Shown: positions 24,666 through 36,789, counted from the stretch's first letter. The stretch: DNA of 64,000 nucleotides from Entomortierella parvispora E1425 (GCA_020891255.1 BQFW01000016.1:1-64000); one strand, 5' to 3'. Notes: generated from the sequence alone by a model not told the origin. Numbers and translations: made by a program.

Positions 24666-25449
24666 TGTCACGAACCGCCCTGATTCAGATTGGGCTTGGT
24701 ACGCGTCTCGTGTACCCGGCCTAGGATCTTGGATCCATGTAATAAGCACAGAGGGGGGGAATACAAGGAGGAGACCCGGGAGAGGACAAGGGCAGGGAGA
24801 AGCAGAGAAGTGGATGATGTTTAATGAGTTGGAGGGAGGGGGTATATATGTGTCTATCTGGCTATGGTACTGTAACTATGTTTGGATTGGTGGGAGTGTT
24901 GGAGTGGCAGGGGTTGGAGTAGGAGGGGTTGGAGTAGGAGGGGTTGGAGTGGAGTGGTAGGGGTTGGAGTGGAGTGGTAGGGGTTGGAGTGGGGTGGTAG
25001 GGGTTGGAGTGGAGTTACAGGATCACAGAAGCTGTAGACACGCGTTGCAATCCACATCGACTGGCTTGCTACCCAAGCTCCGACCTTTATATCCCCTGCG
25101 CCAATACCCACGCACGGGATGGCCTTCCGATCATAACTATCATTTGTAAGATCGTTATCATATGCCCGCTATACCTATCAGGACTTCTAACACCATCTTT
25201 TCTCCAACGTCGCCATCTCGGTCCCCAACCATAGGTTCAAGCCTTCATCAGTATCTGCTCGAATGATGAACTTACTCCCATATTGTTCCCTCAAGCTCTC
25301 TCTGACTCAACCGTGGACCAGACTGGCCTACGGACCGTCCTAGTATATAATCCCTTCCGCCCACTTGTCTGAATCGTCAGTCTGCAATTCACAATTCTCA
25401 ATAAACCGTACCTTCCCCTCTCTTGTTCCTGCCTTGTCTGACCGTGACA
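24666..25449 (+). mobile_element. LTR family 1 copy (about 467 bp net), interrupted by LTR3
   Basis: TGTCACGAACCG...CTGACCGTGACA termini, TATATAA and AATAAA; 3' 110 bp closely match 60617-60728; flanks AGAAC/GTCCC do not form a TSD. Confidence 0.8.
24738..25049 (-). mobile_element. Solo LTR family 3 nested in LTR1; 5-bp TSD ATCCA
   Basis: TG..CA termini; ATCCA at 24733-24737 and 25050-25054; internal 20-bp repeat expansion; second copy at 57714-57913. Confidence 0.85.
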
Positions 25450-25789
25450 GTCCCCATACCCTACTTTGTACCGCCATACGATCTACCTTGGACCACCAAT
25501 GCAACCACAGCAAAAGACTGATATTTTGTTTTGTCTTTTGTTTTGCTGCCGCCTGCTACCAACAAGTTGATGATCTACCTTGGACAACCACTGCAAAGAA
25601 CTGTCCTCTTGCTCTTTTGTTTTGCTTCCGCCCGCTGCAGCCTGCAACTAACCCATGTAGCCAAGTTTGTACTGCCATATGAGCTACTTTGAACAACCAC
25701 AGCAAAAAAAAAAAAAAAGGCTTGCAATGGATTCGACACGTACTGTAAAACTAAAGAGCAAGTCCACAGCGCGCCACCAACTCTCCTGT

Positions 25790-26154
25790 ATTGCCACCAA
25801 CTCTCGCGTCTTGCCACCAACTTTTTCGCGCCTTGCCACCATGAATTACGTCCAATAAAGTCCAATTAGATGGCGTACTGATCATTTGAAGGACTTTGGG
25901 GCCTGGGGCCATGATCAGAATCCAGAGGACTATGATGTCAAGTCGGTTCCTCGTGCCAGAGCCTGGGTCCCACGTGCTAGAGCCTTGTGAACCCACAAAA
26001 AAAAAAAAAAAGCTGGCCTCCCGTGCTAGAGCCCTGTAAATCTTGGCCCATCATTTTCGGTGGCAAGTTCAGGACCTGGGGCCCTGGTACCTTGGTTGCA
26101 GGTCGTCCCTACGTGTACCTTTCTAATGATGCCATCGGGAACCCGGTACCTTGG
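25790..26154 (+). repeat. About 320-bp direct repeat, partner at 29010-29324; contains GTGCTAGAGCC(T/C)TGTAAA motifs
   Basis: Near-identical GATGGCGTACTGATCATTTGAAGGA...GGGAACCCGGTACCTTGG in both copies. Confidence 0.9.
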
Positions 26155-26699
26155 ATACATCGCGAGCATCATGACGTCAAAGGGGGCCTCCCGTGCTAAA
26201 CCCATGTAAGGTTGGTGGCGTTGGGTCGACTTTTCGATGTTTTTAGGGTCGTTTGGGGCCCTTTTTTGGTGGCAAGGTCAGATCCTGGGGCCCTGGTTCC
26301 TTGGCTCATAGTAGTCCTCGGCTGCGGCTATCCTCTGATGCTGTCAGGAACCCGGAACCCTAATCAGGATCTCGAGCATCTTGAGATCAAAGTTGGACCC
26401 CGAGTGGTCCCCCGTGCTAGAGCCATGTAAACCCACCCTTTTTTTTTTTTTTTTTTTTTTTGTGGCCCCCCGTGCTAGAGCCATGTAAAACGAAACGCAT
26501 TTTCTTAACCAAATTATGACGTCGACTTTGCTCTGGTTAGCTGACGTCATGCAAACTGGCCCCGTGCTAGAGGTAAAAGAAAACGCCGTTACTTAACGTG
26601 TACTTGACGTGTACTTAACGTCGCCTGTCGTCTCTCGACCCAGCCCTCTCTCCTCGCCACGTGACCTGCCAAAGGCGGTCATGTCCTCGTAGAGGGTCT

Positions 26700-27250
26700 G
26701 TAAGAAAATGTGGCCATTTTCATACTGTAAGCTATTTTTTTATTCTTTTGTAGGTAATATCTCGATGAATAATGCTTCAATCTTCTTCCTTTTAGATTTG
26801 ATGGATGGGCACCATAGAGGAGAATGTATGATACAAGTTGTAGAACTCTAGGTAGTGAATTGCAGAAGCAATGGTGATGCATGTGTTTTTTTGCCAGTCA
26901 ATGGGGTCGGGCACATTTTTTTTTTGTTTGCGATACTTACCCTTTTGTGTTCAAGATACAGGCCTTCCAAGACTCCATTGCTCACAGGTATACGCAAATA
27001 CCCGCCATGGATGCTCTGTTGTGAGTATCTGGTTTCCCTCGCCCTTCTAGAGACAAGTCTGGGGTGTTTTTTTTTACAACAGCAAAAAAAAAAAGGGACT
27101 GAATGGTCTGGGCTATGTTTTTTTATTTGAACCTCCAACCCGCTCCTTATCCTTGATTCTCGTCCTTCTTCTCCTTGCCCTTCTTGGTGGGGGTCACTGC
27201 GTTGAGGGCCATTTAGATCATGTTCTGGCCCCTGTTAGCAACATCCCTTT
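26700..27250 (+). repeat. Duplicate of 30430-30950 (one ~250-bp unit plus the 3' end of the AT-hook gene)
   Basis: Near-identical TTTGCGATACTTACCC...GAGACAAGTCTGGGGTG...GCGTTGAGGGCC. Confidence 0.9.
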
Positions 27251-27309
27251 TTTTCATCACCCTTTTTTATCCCTCGATTTTTTTTTTGGACACACGATTT
27301 TACTGCCTT

Positions 27310-27345
27310 AAGGTTGGAACTTAAACTCATTTAAGTTCCAACCTT
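27310..27345. other. Perfect 16-bp hairpin with a 4-nt loop
   Basis: AAGGTTGGAACTTAAA-CTCA-TTTAAGTTCCAACCTT. Confidence 0.9.
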
Positions 27346-28472
27346 GAGATAGTTTGTTAGAATAGTTTCCATCCCCTTCATTTTTATCCCTAGCACATCT
27401 GGGGAGAGAGACAACTGCCTCTTTCTTTTGTTGAAAAACGTGTCTGGGGCATGCGAACTATGGGGTTTGATGAAGAGAATAGCTTCTAAAGTTGGGTGAT
27501 CTGCCCAAGTGTTATTTCACGCCTTGTGGCGGAAACAACACTGAGAATGAAGGTTGCTCCGCACATTGGCGAGCGGGAGAGATGATGGCGGACGTGTTAC
27601 AGAGGAGTGCAAGAGAGGCTGTTTTGCAATTCGATGTCTCTATGTCCGAAGCCTCGATCCAACACAATAGCAGGGCCCACATTTGGAGTTCAAAAGGGAG
27701 GGTGAAGAGAATGTGCGATGAGAAGAAGACACGTCATTATGTACTTCAACTACTCAAGAACAGCACCTTAGAGGAAGAAAACTATTCGAACTTTCTCCAC
27801 TAAGGTCATGAGCCTTGCGGCAATAAAGTCAAACCTTGGAGCAGTAAAATCTATACACCCATTTTTTTTATGTCTTGTTTCTTCGCTTTTTTTATGTATT
27901 GTTTTTCTGATCCCTTGCTCTTCCCACCAGATTTTTTTTGTATCCCTTGCTCTTTTTTCGATCTCTTAATTTGCTCATCTTTGACTTAAGTGTTGCCCTT
28001 GATTTGGCTGCCTTTGATTTAATTGCTCTTGAGTCTTGATCTTTTTCTTGCCTTGGTCTTCTCATCCCTCCATCTTTTTTCTCTTCTCTCTTTCCCCTGA
28101 TCCCCCCTTTTTTTGAAATCTTTCTTTGCCCTTGATCCCCCTTCTTTTTTGAAGTCTCTATCTGCCTTTGCATCTCTCCTCCCTTCTGCATCCCGTCCCT
28201 CATCTTGCCCGTTTCTCTTTTTCCGTCCTTCTCTCATCTTGCCCAAGTGGGATAATTGACCTAGATTCTTAAGTATATAAAGAAGCGCTACTTGTCCAGC
28301 ATCCGTATTTGATCCCACCTCAAGGCTCTGAAATCGCAACAGCACTCCTAACGCTCCAAGAACCATCGCAAGAGCCGCCACACAAACGATCCGTTGCACG
28401 ACCGTACAGACCAGTACCAAAAACGATTCTCTCCCAGAAACCGCCGCAAGATTGCCACATACCATCCCATTC

Positions 28473-28715
28473 ATGATGATTACTCTTCCTTTTGTCCTGG
28501 CTATCTTTTTGGCCAGCACCGTTCTTGCCGATGGAGTGTGCCCAGATTTCTTGTACTCAGTCCCCCAATGCTGTGGACCTAATACGTTGAACGTTGCAAG
28601 TCTTGACTGTAAGGCACCTTCATCTGCCGGGACATGTTCTGGTGGTGAACTACAGTGCTGTTCAGTACCTGCAGCGCAGCAAGGTGTTCTCTGCATCGAC
28701 CCCGTAGGCGCCTGA
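28473..28715 (+). CDS. Secreted 8-cysteine hydrophobin, class II (cerato-ulmin/HFBII)-like, 80 aa, intronless
   Basis: Signal-peptide-like MMITLPFVLAIFLASTVLA; C-x9-CC-x11-C-x8-C-x6-CC-x10-C; class II-like words VCP..LYS.PQCC, LDC..P and QGVLC..P.G; TATATAAA at 28274-28281. Confidence 0.85.
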   Translation: MMITLPFVLAIFLASTVLADGVCPDFLYSVPQCCGPNTLNVASLDCKAPSSAGTCSGGELQCCSVPAAQQGVLCIDPVGA

Positions 28716-29009
28716 GAATATATTCAAAGGAGTCCGCATACACACAGCCATCTTCCTCACCGACGATGCCACCTTGTGGGAGGGCAATGCCCTCTCTGAC
28801 GATGCCCCCTGGAATGACTTTGTCGACGCCTCCCGTGCTGCTTTCCAACCTACCGGATTCATCGACCAAATGCGCAACATGTTATTCGATATCAGGTGTA
28901 AAAGGAATACGGAGACATCACGCGATGTGCACCTATAAAAGATAGAAACTTGCAATATAAAAAAACTCAATTCTTGTGTCCATTCAGTCCCCCTGTCGGC
29001 CTATTGTAC

Positions 29010-29324
29010 TTTCGCGCCTTGCCACCAACTCTCGCGTCTTGCCGATGGCGTACTGATCATTTGAAGGAATTTGGGACCTGGTACCATGATCAGAATCCAG
29101 AGGACTATGACGTCAAGCTGGTTCCTCGTGCCAGAGCCTGGGTCCTACGTGCTAGAGCCTTGTAAACCCACAAAAAAAAAAGTTGGCCTCCCGTGCTAGA
29201 GCCCTGTAGATCTTGACCCATCATTTTCGGTGGCAAGTTCAGGACCTGGGACCCTGGTACCTTAGCTGTAGGTCGTCCCTACGTGTATCTTTCTAGTGAT
29301 GCCATTGGGAACCCGGTACCTTGG
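29010..29324 (+). repeat. Second copy of the ~320-bp direct repeat
   Basis: Matches 25790-26154. Confidence 0.9.
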
Positions 29325-29699
29325 CTGGAAAGAATCAAAGTACAGACAGTATCAATGGCGGAGAGAATCAAAGCAGAGTATCAAAGACGCGGCACGCTTG
29401 CATGCCGAACAAAAACAGAATAAAGAATCATGGTCCAATTTCCTTCTGTCGTAGCTCGTACGATGATAATTTCCGTAGCCAGAAGATGCAAGTCTCAACC
29501 CAATGGGACCGCAGAGTAATGGTGGTGCACGTGTCCGTTGCCAGCCATTCAGATGGACCAAACGGTAGTCGAAAGTATGTGGGTCCTAGAAGCATGTAAA
29601 TGGTACCCAGTAGACCTCTATGGACCCGCCATGTACTATGTGGTAGTCCCCTATAAGAAATAATATACCCACCTTTGTTTTCTTTGGTGGACGATAGCT

Positions 29700-30620
29700 T
29701 TATGGAACCGGGATCAATTGCTCTCTCTCGAGCTATTTTAGATAGGTTCCATCGTGGAGGATGTGTGGGCCAAGTCTCAAGACGGTAGGACTTGAATTGA
29801 AGGAGCAATGGGGATGCATGTGATTGAGGGAGCATGGATCACCAAGGTCGGTCTTTTATACACTTTGGTTCTAGCCCATGTACAAAATTGCGTGCTAGAC
29901 CCATGTAAAAGGTACGCGGTCAATCCATGCAGTATTTTTTCTTTGGTATGCGATAAATCTATGAGGACAGACTCAATCACCTTACCTTTTGCTTTGTTCG
30001 ATAGACCTTATCGAGGAGGGTGTATGGTAATAGTTGTAGGACTGTTGGTTGCGAATGGAAGGAGCAATGGCGGTGCATGTGCTTTTGTCAGCCATTGGGT
30101 CCAGCCCACCAACAAAAATTTTCTTGCGAGAAATTGGGCACCCCTTAACTGACTGTACTAGACCCATGTAAAAATAGCCTTTTTTTTTCTCTTTGGTGGA
30201 TCATAGCTCGATGATTAATGGTGCGATCGTCTTCCCTTTTGCTTGGTTGGATGGGCACCATCGAGGAGAATGTATGATACAAGTTGTAGAAGTCTAGGTA
30301 GTGAATGGCAGAAGCAATGGTGATGCATGTGTTTTCTGGTTGTCCTGATGGGCAGGTGGTATGTGCAAGATTTTTTTGTGCGGAATTGGGCACCCCTTAA
30401 ATGATCGTGCCAGGCCCATGTAAAATTAAGGTTTTTTTTTCTCTCTTGGATGGATCGCAGCTCAACAAGTAATGGTCCAATCGTCTTCCCTTGAGCTTTG
30501 TTGGATGGGCGCCATCGAGGAGGACGTGTGGTGAAAGTTGTAGAACTCTAGGTAGTGAATGGCAGAAGCAATGGTGATGCATGTGTTTTTTTTGCCAGCC
30601 AATGGGGTCTTGAGCACAAT
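29700..30620 (+). repeat. ~250-bp unit family, tandem cluster C (3-4 units; full unit at 30149-30400)
   Basis: Units separated by AATTGGGCACCCC-TTAA at 30145-30148 and 30397-30400. Confidence 0.9.
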
Positions 30621-30850
30621 TTTTTTTCGTTTGCGATACTTACCCTTTTGTGTTCAAGGCAGGCCCTCCAAGACTCCATTGCCCACAAGTATACTTAAAT
30701 ACCCGTCATGGATGCTCTGTTGTGAGTATCTGGTTTCCCTCGCCCTTCTAGAGACAAGTCTGGGGTGTTTTTTTTACAACAACAAAAAAAAAAAAAAGGG
30801 TACTGAATGGTCTGGGCTATGTTGTTTTATTTGAACCTCCAACCCGCTCC

Positions 30851-31992
30851 TTATCCTTGATTCTCGTCCTTCTCCTTGCCCTTCTTGGTGGGGGTCACCG
30901 CGTTGAGGGCCTTTTGGATCATGTTCTGGCTCCTGTTAGCACCGGCACCAGATCCCTTTGGCCTTCCCCGACCCCTCCTGGCGGGCGAAGGTTGACTGCT
31001 GCTGCTGCTGCCGGCCTCTTCTTGTGCAGGCACAGAAGAGGAGATAGCAGAGCTGGACCTCTTGTCCAAGCTGACTTGAGAGGGTGTGGAAGAGGAGGCT
31101 CCTGCCTGTGAGTGTGTGGGGGAAGCCCCTGCTCTGCTGCTCTGACCAAAAGCATAGAGAGGAGCTCCAGCAGTGGAGCTACTGCTCTTGATGGACACCG
31201 CAGACGCGACCCATAGTAGTAAATGATGTAAAGAATATGAGTTAAATGTCTTGACGTGTGCAAGCCGGTGCAGAGCCTCTTTACCGAAGATGTAACCACA
31301 GGCAGAGTATCATAGGCCCGCGTTTGACTAGGTGCTGCCCCTTTGCAGCAGACATGGAGGACAAGAATGTTGCGAGGGTAGCCTAAGAGCCAAGATGGTT
31401 TTTTAAAAAAAAAAAAAAAAAAGGGACGGCAAAAAAAAAAGAGATCAAGGAACTTTCTGTCATTACCCGTGGCCCTTCCTCTGGCATGGGTCTCTCCTCG
31501 GCCGAAATGATGGAGGTGGTTAGCGTCATGCGAACCAACTATAATAGAGAAGGAGGAAAAGGAGCCAGAAGTAAGTTGTTACGTGGAGTAAAAGACTGTT
31601 CAATGAGTTGTGATGCTGTACATCCGCCTCGGCCGGATCCGAGCGTGTGAGGGGGGATGGGGAATGGGCGGAATAGTTTTGCAACACCGAAGGGAGGTGT
31701 TGTGGTGGGGGTGGGGGTGGTGTTGTTGGTGTGGGACCTTGTCTTTGGGTTGAATCGGATGACTCCTTTATGGTGCGGATGAAGAACGTAGAAAAGACAA
31801 AAGGTTCAACAAAAGAAGCAGTAGATATAAGGAATACTGTAGATGTAACCATGGGGGCTCTTTACTTACCGAAACATAGGATCCAGACCCGTAACCGAAT
31901 GACCGCGGTGAACGACCGGACAAGACCTGAAGAAGAAGGAAGGATGGAAAGAGTGAGCAAAAAAGTAGATTTGGTCAGTGAAAGACTTTCTT

Positions 31993-32025
<33 letters not shown>

Positions 32026-33000
32026 TTTTTTTGGCCTTCATTGTGAGGATCCACTGTGGTGAGGTCGTGCCCATGAAAAGAGATTGAAAAAAAAAAAAAA
32101 AAAGACGAATTACCTCATGACGTCCCAAGAGAGGCGTGTCATACAGCTCGAATTCTTCGTCATAGGTGAACCGAGGGTTCTCTGGGCGCCTGGACGATGG
32201 GCGGTATTGCTGAAACTCAGATGAGGGCAAGGTGCAGGTTGGGAGCGGGAATCATACTCCCAGTCTCTGGCGTAAGAGGCCTCCCGCTGTTGGATAGTCC
32301 TGACCAGAGTGGGTGCTGAACCATCATCGGGTGTCTCAGTCACCTGGGCAAGAGAAGGTATGATGGAGGGTGAGCCACCTTTTCTCAGTTGTACAAGTAT
32401 AGCATATAGCAACAACAATGAAAAAGAAGAAAAACAAAAGAGAAAAATAAAAGCTGGAAATACGAACCGTCTGTCCAAAAGCTCGCGCGACGGGCAAGTT
32501 CTAGAACGATGGTATGCAGGGAATGATCCTGGCCGGACCTTCGAGAACAAACTTGTGGGTGAACCCACGGCCCTGAATCTCATATTCGTCAATCATGTAG
32601 TGTCCGCAGAAATCGATGACATCTCCCACCTTGATTTTGCCGCTGACCATGTCCTGCTCGAGCTGCTGATGGGGGCTCGGAGGAATTTTGGCGCGATCAA
32701 CATAAGACAAAATTATCTTGGCCTTGGGACTGGTCCCTTGGCAGGGCATCTTCACAGAGATGATAATGTCCGACGTGGGGCTGTTGTCCTTCCTCACAGG
32801 GGAATCAGTGATGACGAGCATGGTAGAGTTGATGTAGATGGAGTGGTGCCACATCTGTGTGGAGAAAGAGAGCGAGAGTGGCAAAAAAAAAAAAAAAAAA
32901 AAAAAAAAGGGTTAAAAAGGCGTCCACTGACTGTTCTTCCAGGACGGTCTCGAGTACTTGCCGCTTTGGATGCTCCACGGGAAGGTTGTGATTGTGCCAT
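30851..33000 (-). CDS. Multi-exon hypothetical gene: N-terminal possible OB-fold, Pro/Ser-rich middle, C-terminal AT-hook; may be degenerate
   Basis: Exon 1 MAQSQPSRG..GRT, then a GTCAGT..CACAG intron, then MWHHSIYINST..IKVGDVIDFCGHYMIDEY..HKFVL; last segment has RRGRGRPKG. Joining all segments into one gene is inferred. Confidence 0.45.
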
Positions 33001-33699
33001 GGCTGTGTGGTCGAGTTCGAGGTCTAAGGTAGGTCAAAGGATGCATTAGATGCATGGTTGGAGAGAGAGAGGTCAGAGAAAAGTGTCGCGTCCAGGTCGC
33101 GTCCAGTCGGCGTACGAGCGGAGTTTTTGTTCATCCTAGGCAGCGCGTCTTACCCTGAAGTAAAAGCGGTTATGAATGCAGCTCTGGGTGCAAGTGTTTG
33201 TTTTTTGGCGCAAAGAGTGGTGGTTGTAGCTGCGTTGGTGCGAGAAAGGATGGAGGAACAGGCTGAACAGAGCCAAAAAAGAGAACTGAAAAAAACTGGA
33301 CCTTCTGACGTCACCGAATTATTTTTCGCAAAAATAAAGTCACTCAAGAAGCTCAATGTTGGCCCAATGCTCCTCACCTTTGCCCTGTTCTTTGTATGGT
33401 CGACCATTGTACCCTTCTATCGTTCCTTTTGACTCGAGCACAACATGACAGAATAAAGAAAGTACACAAGTGGTCATTGAGCCATCATATGGTTCAGTTG
33501 GGGGATTACTCGTGTTGTCATTAATGGATGGTCCATGCCTTTGCTCAATGCCTGTGGACATTTTCTAAAAGAGCTGCAGGCGTCGACGACAATGAGGACG
33601 TATCAGAGTCGCCGTCATTGCAGGGACGATTGTCACAAAGTCGTAGCAGTGGCCATGGTCTTTTCGGCTCGAGTTCGTCTGCATCTGCATCGCGCCAGC

Positions 33700-36636
33700 G
33701 GTAGTGGGTTGTTTCATGTGGAGTGACTTTCGGAGATGCTGCCGTGAACTCAACAACCGACTCCATTGCCTTTATGCATATAGACATCCTAGCAGGGGCG
33801 ACTCTAGTATGGAGCAGCTGGAAAGGCTTGGATCAGCACTGTCCATTGAGGACCCCAGAGAGTCTCCAGCGCCCTCGACGGGCTTGATGTCGGGCACCCA
33901 GGAAGCAGAGGACGATGGCAATGACCATGGCAGCGACAATGAGGAGAACGCATCAGCCAATGGCTGGACAAGGACCGTCACCGCCGCCACAACAACGACG
34001 CCAACGCCGACGATGGGCGCCGCCAGCCCAGCCACCGCCTGTCCTCCATCCGATGACATACAGGAGCAGCCTAGAGAATGCTCAACGTCCCCCTGAATAT
34101 TTTTGCTTCGTGTGCTGCCGGATCCTCTTTCGGGAAGAGACGGTGCTCCTGATTGTGGCAGAAGCACTACAACTGGACCCTGCCTTTGATCTCGACGCTG
34201 TACAATGGCCCTGTTTGCAATACGGTGTCGAACCAACAAAGAAAAGAAATAACCTCACGGCGTGCAAGTCTCACCAGCATCTGTCCAGCAAATCATTGGA
34301 ATGGGTATGTGTTTCTCGTCCTTTTTTTTTTTTTTTTTTTTAAAAAAAAACCCCCCTTTCCCTCATATTAACAGTCTGCATGTTTCAATCTAGATAGCCT
34401 TTGTCAATGAGAACTGAGGGAATCCACTGAGACGGGTGGATCAGCATGGCAACGTTGTCTTGGAAAACGTTCCAGTGGCGCTCAGAGGACTGTACTGGAG
34501 CGATTTTCGATACCTATGTCGGGTCACGACCTTTTGTTCGTTGATGCCCTCCATCCCTGGTCAGTCCCTGTCTTTTCCATGCGTCAGTGGACACGTTTCC
34601 ATCTACCGATCAAGGTTATCTCCTCCAATGCGGGCATGACCTCGTTCGTTCAGGATGCGACAGTACCTCCCGCCGACCGGAGCCGCATCATCAGGGCGTG
34701 GAACTGGCTCCGTGTCCATAATCCAGAGTGGCTGAATTGTCCGCCAGTACCAGCCATGCCGGAGCAAATTGGGGAGGGCCTTGTGAACATTGGGAATGGG
34801 CAGGCCGAGCATATGGGCCAACTGAATTTCCCAGGAGTGTTTTGTGCAGGCATGGACCCAGGTCCTAGGGCCGCGGACGCCCAGATGGAGAACTTGGTCG
34901 TAGGCGTGAATGTAGAGGATGACACAGGAGTGACCTTCAAGAGCCCCACGCTGATGCTCAATCTCTTTCCCGATCTCTTTCCGTATGGGCATGGTGACTT
35001 CAAGTTGGAGCATTACAAGACAAACCTGCGACAGGCACCAGAGGCTGTGCAGGGAGAAGACATTCCAATGGAACCAGAAGGGGAGCAAGAAGTCGTAGAC
35101 GCTGGCGCAGAGGAGCTTTCAGAATTTGAACCATTTGACATTGAACCATTTGACGTTGACAGTCTTGGCCTGGATCCAGACCAGGGCGGGGACGTCAGCA
35201 TCGACAGCGACCCTGACGGAGATGACGACGACGACGACGACCCTGGCGACGATGAAGACGAAGATTCTGATGTGGATATGGACGTGGAGGATGAAGAAAA
35301 TGAAGTGACCAGGGAAAGCACAGCAATTCAGTATCAGGGTGTTCTGCGTCGCCTTCAACCGGAATGGCACCGTGTTCTTTCATACATTCTCTCGAAATGG
35401 GCTCCAAAGGTGATTGGCAAGGTGAAGGACTATGCCTGGGTCACAAGTTTCAGCAAAGAGAAGCGCCTCATGTCCATTTTGTCCTCTGGTCCGAGCGAAC
35501 TGTTGACGAGTTGATAACCCAAAACAACTCTGGAGACCCGACAAAGGTTGTTGTTTCCTGCAAGCGACGCACTGGAGACCCGATCGTGGATGGACTCGTC
35601 GCTCTACACCAGATGCACCGCCACACGCCCTATTACTGCATGAAACGGTCCAAAAAATGTCACTTTGGATTCCCCATGGTTGTCTCGGACAAGACCATTT
35701 TTGATGAGGACACTGGAAAAGTGGTCTTGGAGCGAGGTCAGGAGGACATGTACGTGAATGCCTACAACCCCGATATCCTGAAGATCTGTCGCTCCAACAT
35801 CGGTATTCAATTGAACAAGGGATCTCGGTCGATTGATTGTCTGCACAAGTACACGTCAAAGGTATCCAGTCTTTCGGAGGGCGTCATTCAAGAAGTACCA
35901 GTGGACCTGCAACAGCCGCCGCCTCAAAACAGACAGAGACTGCCGCCTCAAAACAGACAGAGACTGCGCGACTAGTATGGGAAGTCGGGTAAGTTTTTTC
36001 TTTTCTTTTATTTTCTCAAGGAAACTGAAAAAGTGGAGATTCACCCCAGTCCCCAGTGTCTCTTTGCCCATCTAGTATTCTACTATAACCGTCTGTGCAT
36101 GCCCGAAATATGCATGGATCTGCTGGAATTATCACTGTCGCTGTCGTTCGGTCGTGTACTTGCCCACCCACGACAAAGACCAGCGAAGGAATCTATTAAG
36201 AACGGCGGCAGACTTGGCAGCAGAGGAGGACGAGTCTGACAACATCTTTCTGGATGGGATTTGGGTCAAGTACCTGAACCTGCCCGCAGGTACGGCTTTC
36301 AACGACCTGACCTACGAAGAGTTTTATGAACAATACCAGCAATATTTTGGACCGAAAGCGACCGCCTTGCCACCCTATGACGCAGAAGACTATGCACAGT
36401 TGATCCTATTCAAGGACAAGACCAGTCGTCGCAAGTGCAAGGCAGTCGGGGGTGCGATCACAAGAGTCCGGCCCATCCCCATGTCCTCTATGGAGGAGGC
36501 CTGCAATCACCTGTTGATGTTGAAGGTGCCCATGAGGGTTGACTGTGATGAGTGGCTGGAGGTCGCTGGGTGCGAGTCCGTGTTTGAGCTTACGGTCGCT
36601 TGGCTGTGCAAGTCTTGGAGCAGAGCCCTTCGATGA
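33700..36636 (+). pseudogene. Helitron/Helentron Rep remnant (Zn-finger-like, DUF6570-like and HUH Rep regions); no helicase seen
   Basis: FCFVCCRILF; WLRVHNP; LFPDLFPYGHG; QQREAPHVHFVLW; HQMHRHTPYYC..CHFGFP; VNAYNPDIL..RSNIGIQ; motif 3 reads CLHKYTSK instead of YxxKYxxK; frameshifts. Confidence 0.8.
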
Positions 36637-36789
36637 CAACTAATCCAACATCGTTACCTGAAGGTGAATTTGCGGTTTACGTCGGGTGCAAGTTTCAAGC
36701 CTCTAGGACATGCATGGGCCGAGTAATGGATGTGCATGGCCAGCCATTCGTTCGTTCTCACAATGCGTACTAGATCGATGTAAAGTTGG

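Noticed and set aside
27492-27803. Tc1/IS630-like transposase fragment (HIWSSKG)
   Set aside because: Only a weak single-word resemblance; no DDE motifs or TIRs.
32309-33049. Plus-strand 246-aa ORF (similarly 42396-43040 and 62097-62561)
   Set aside because: These are antisense shadows of better-supported minus-strand genes.
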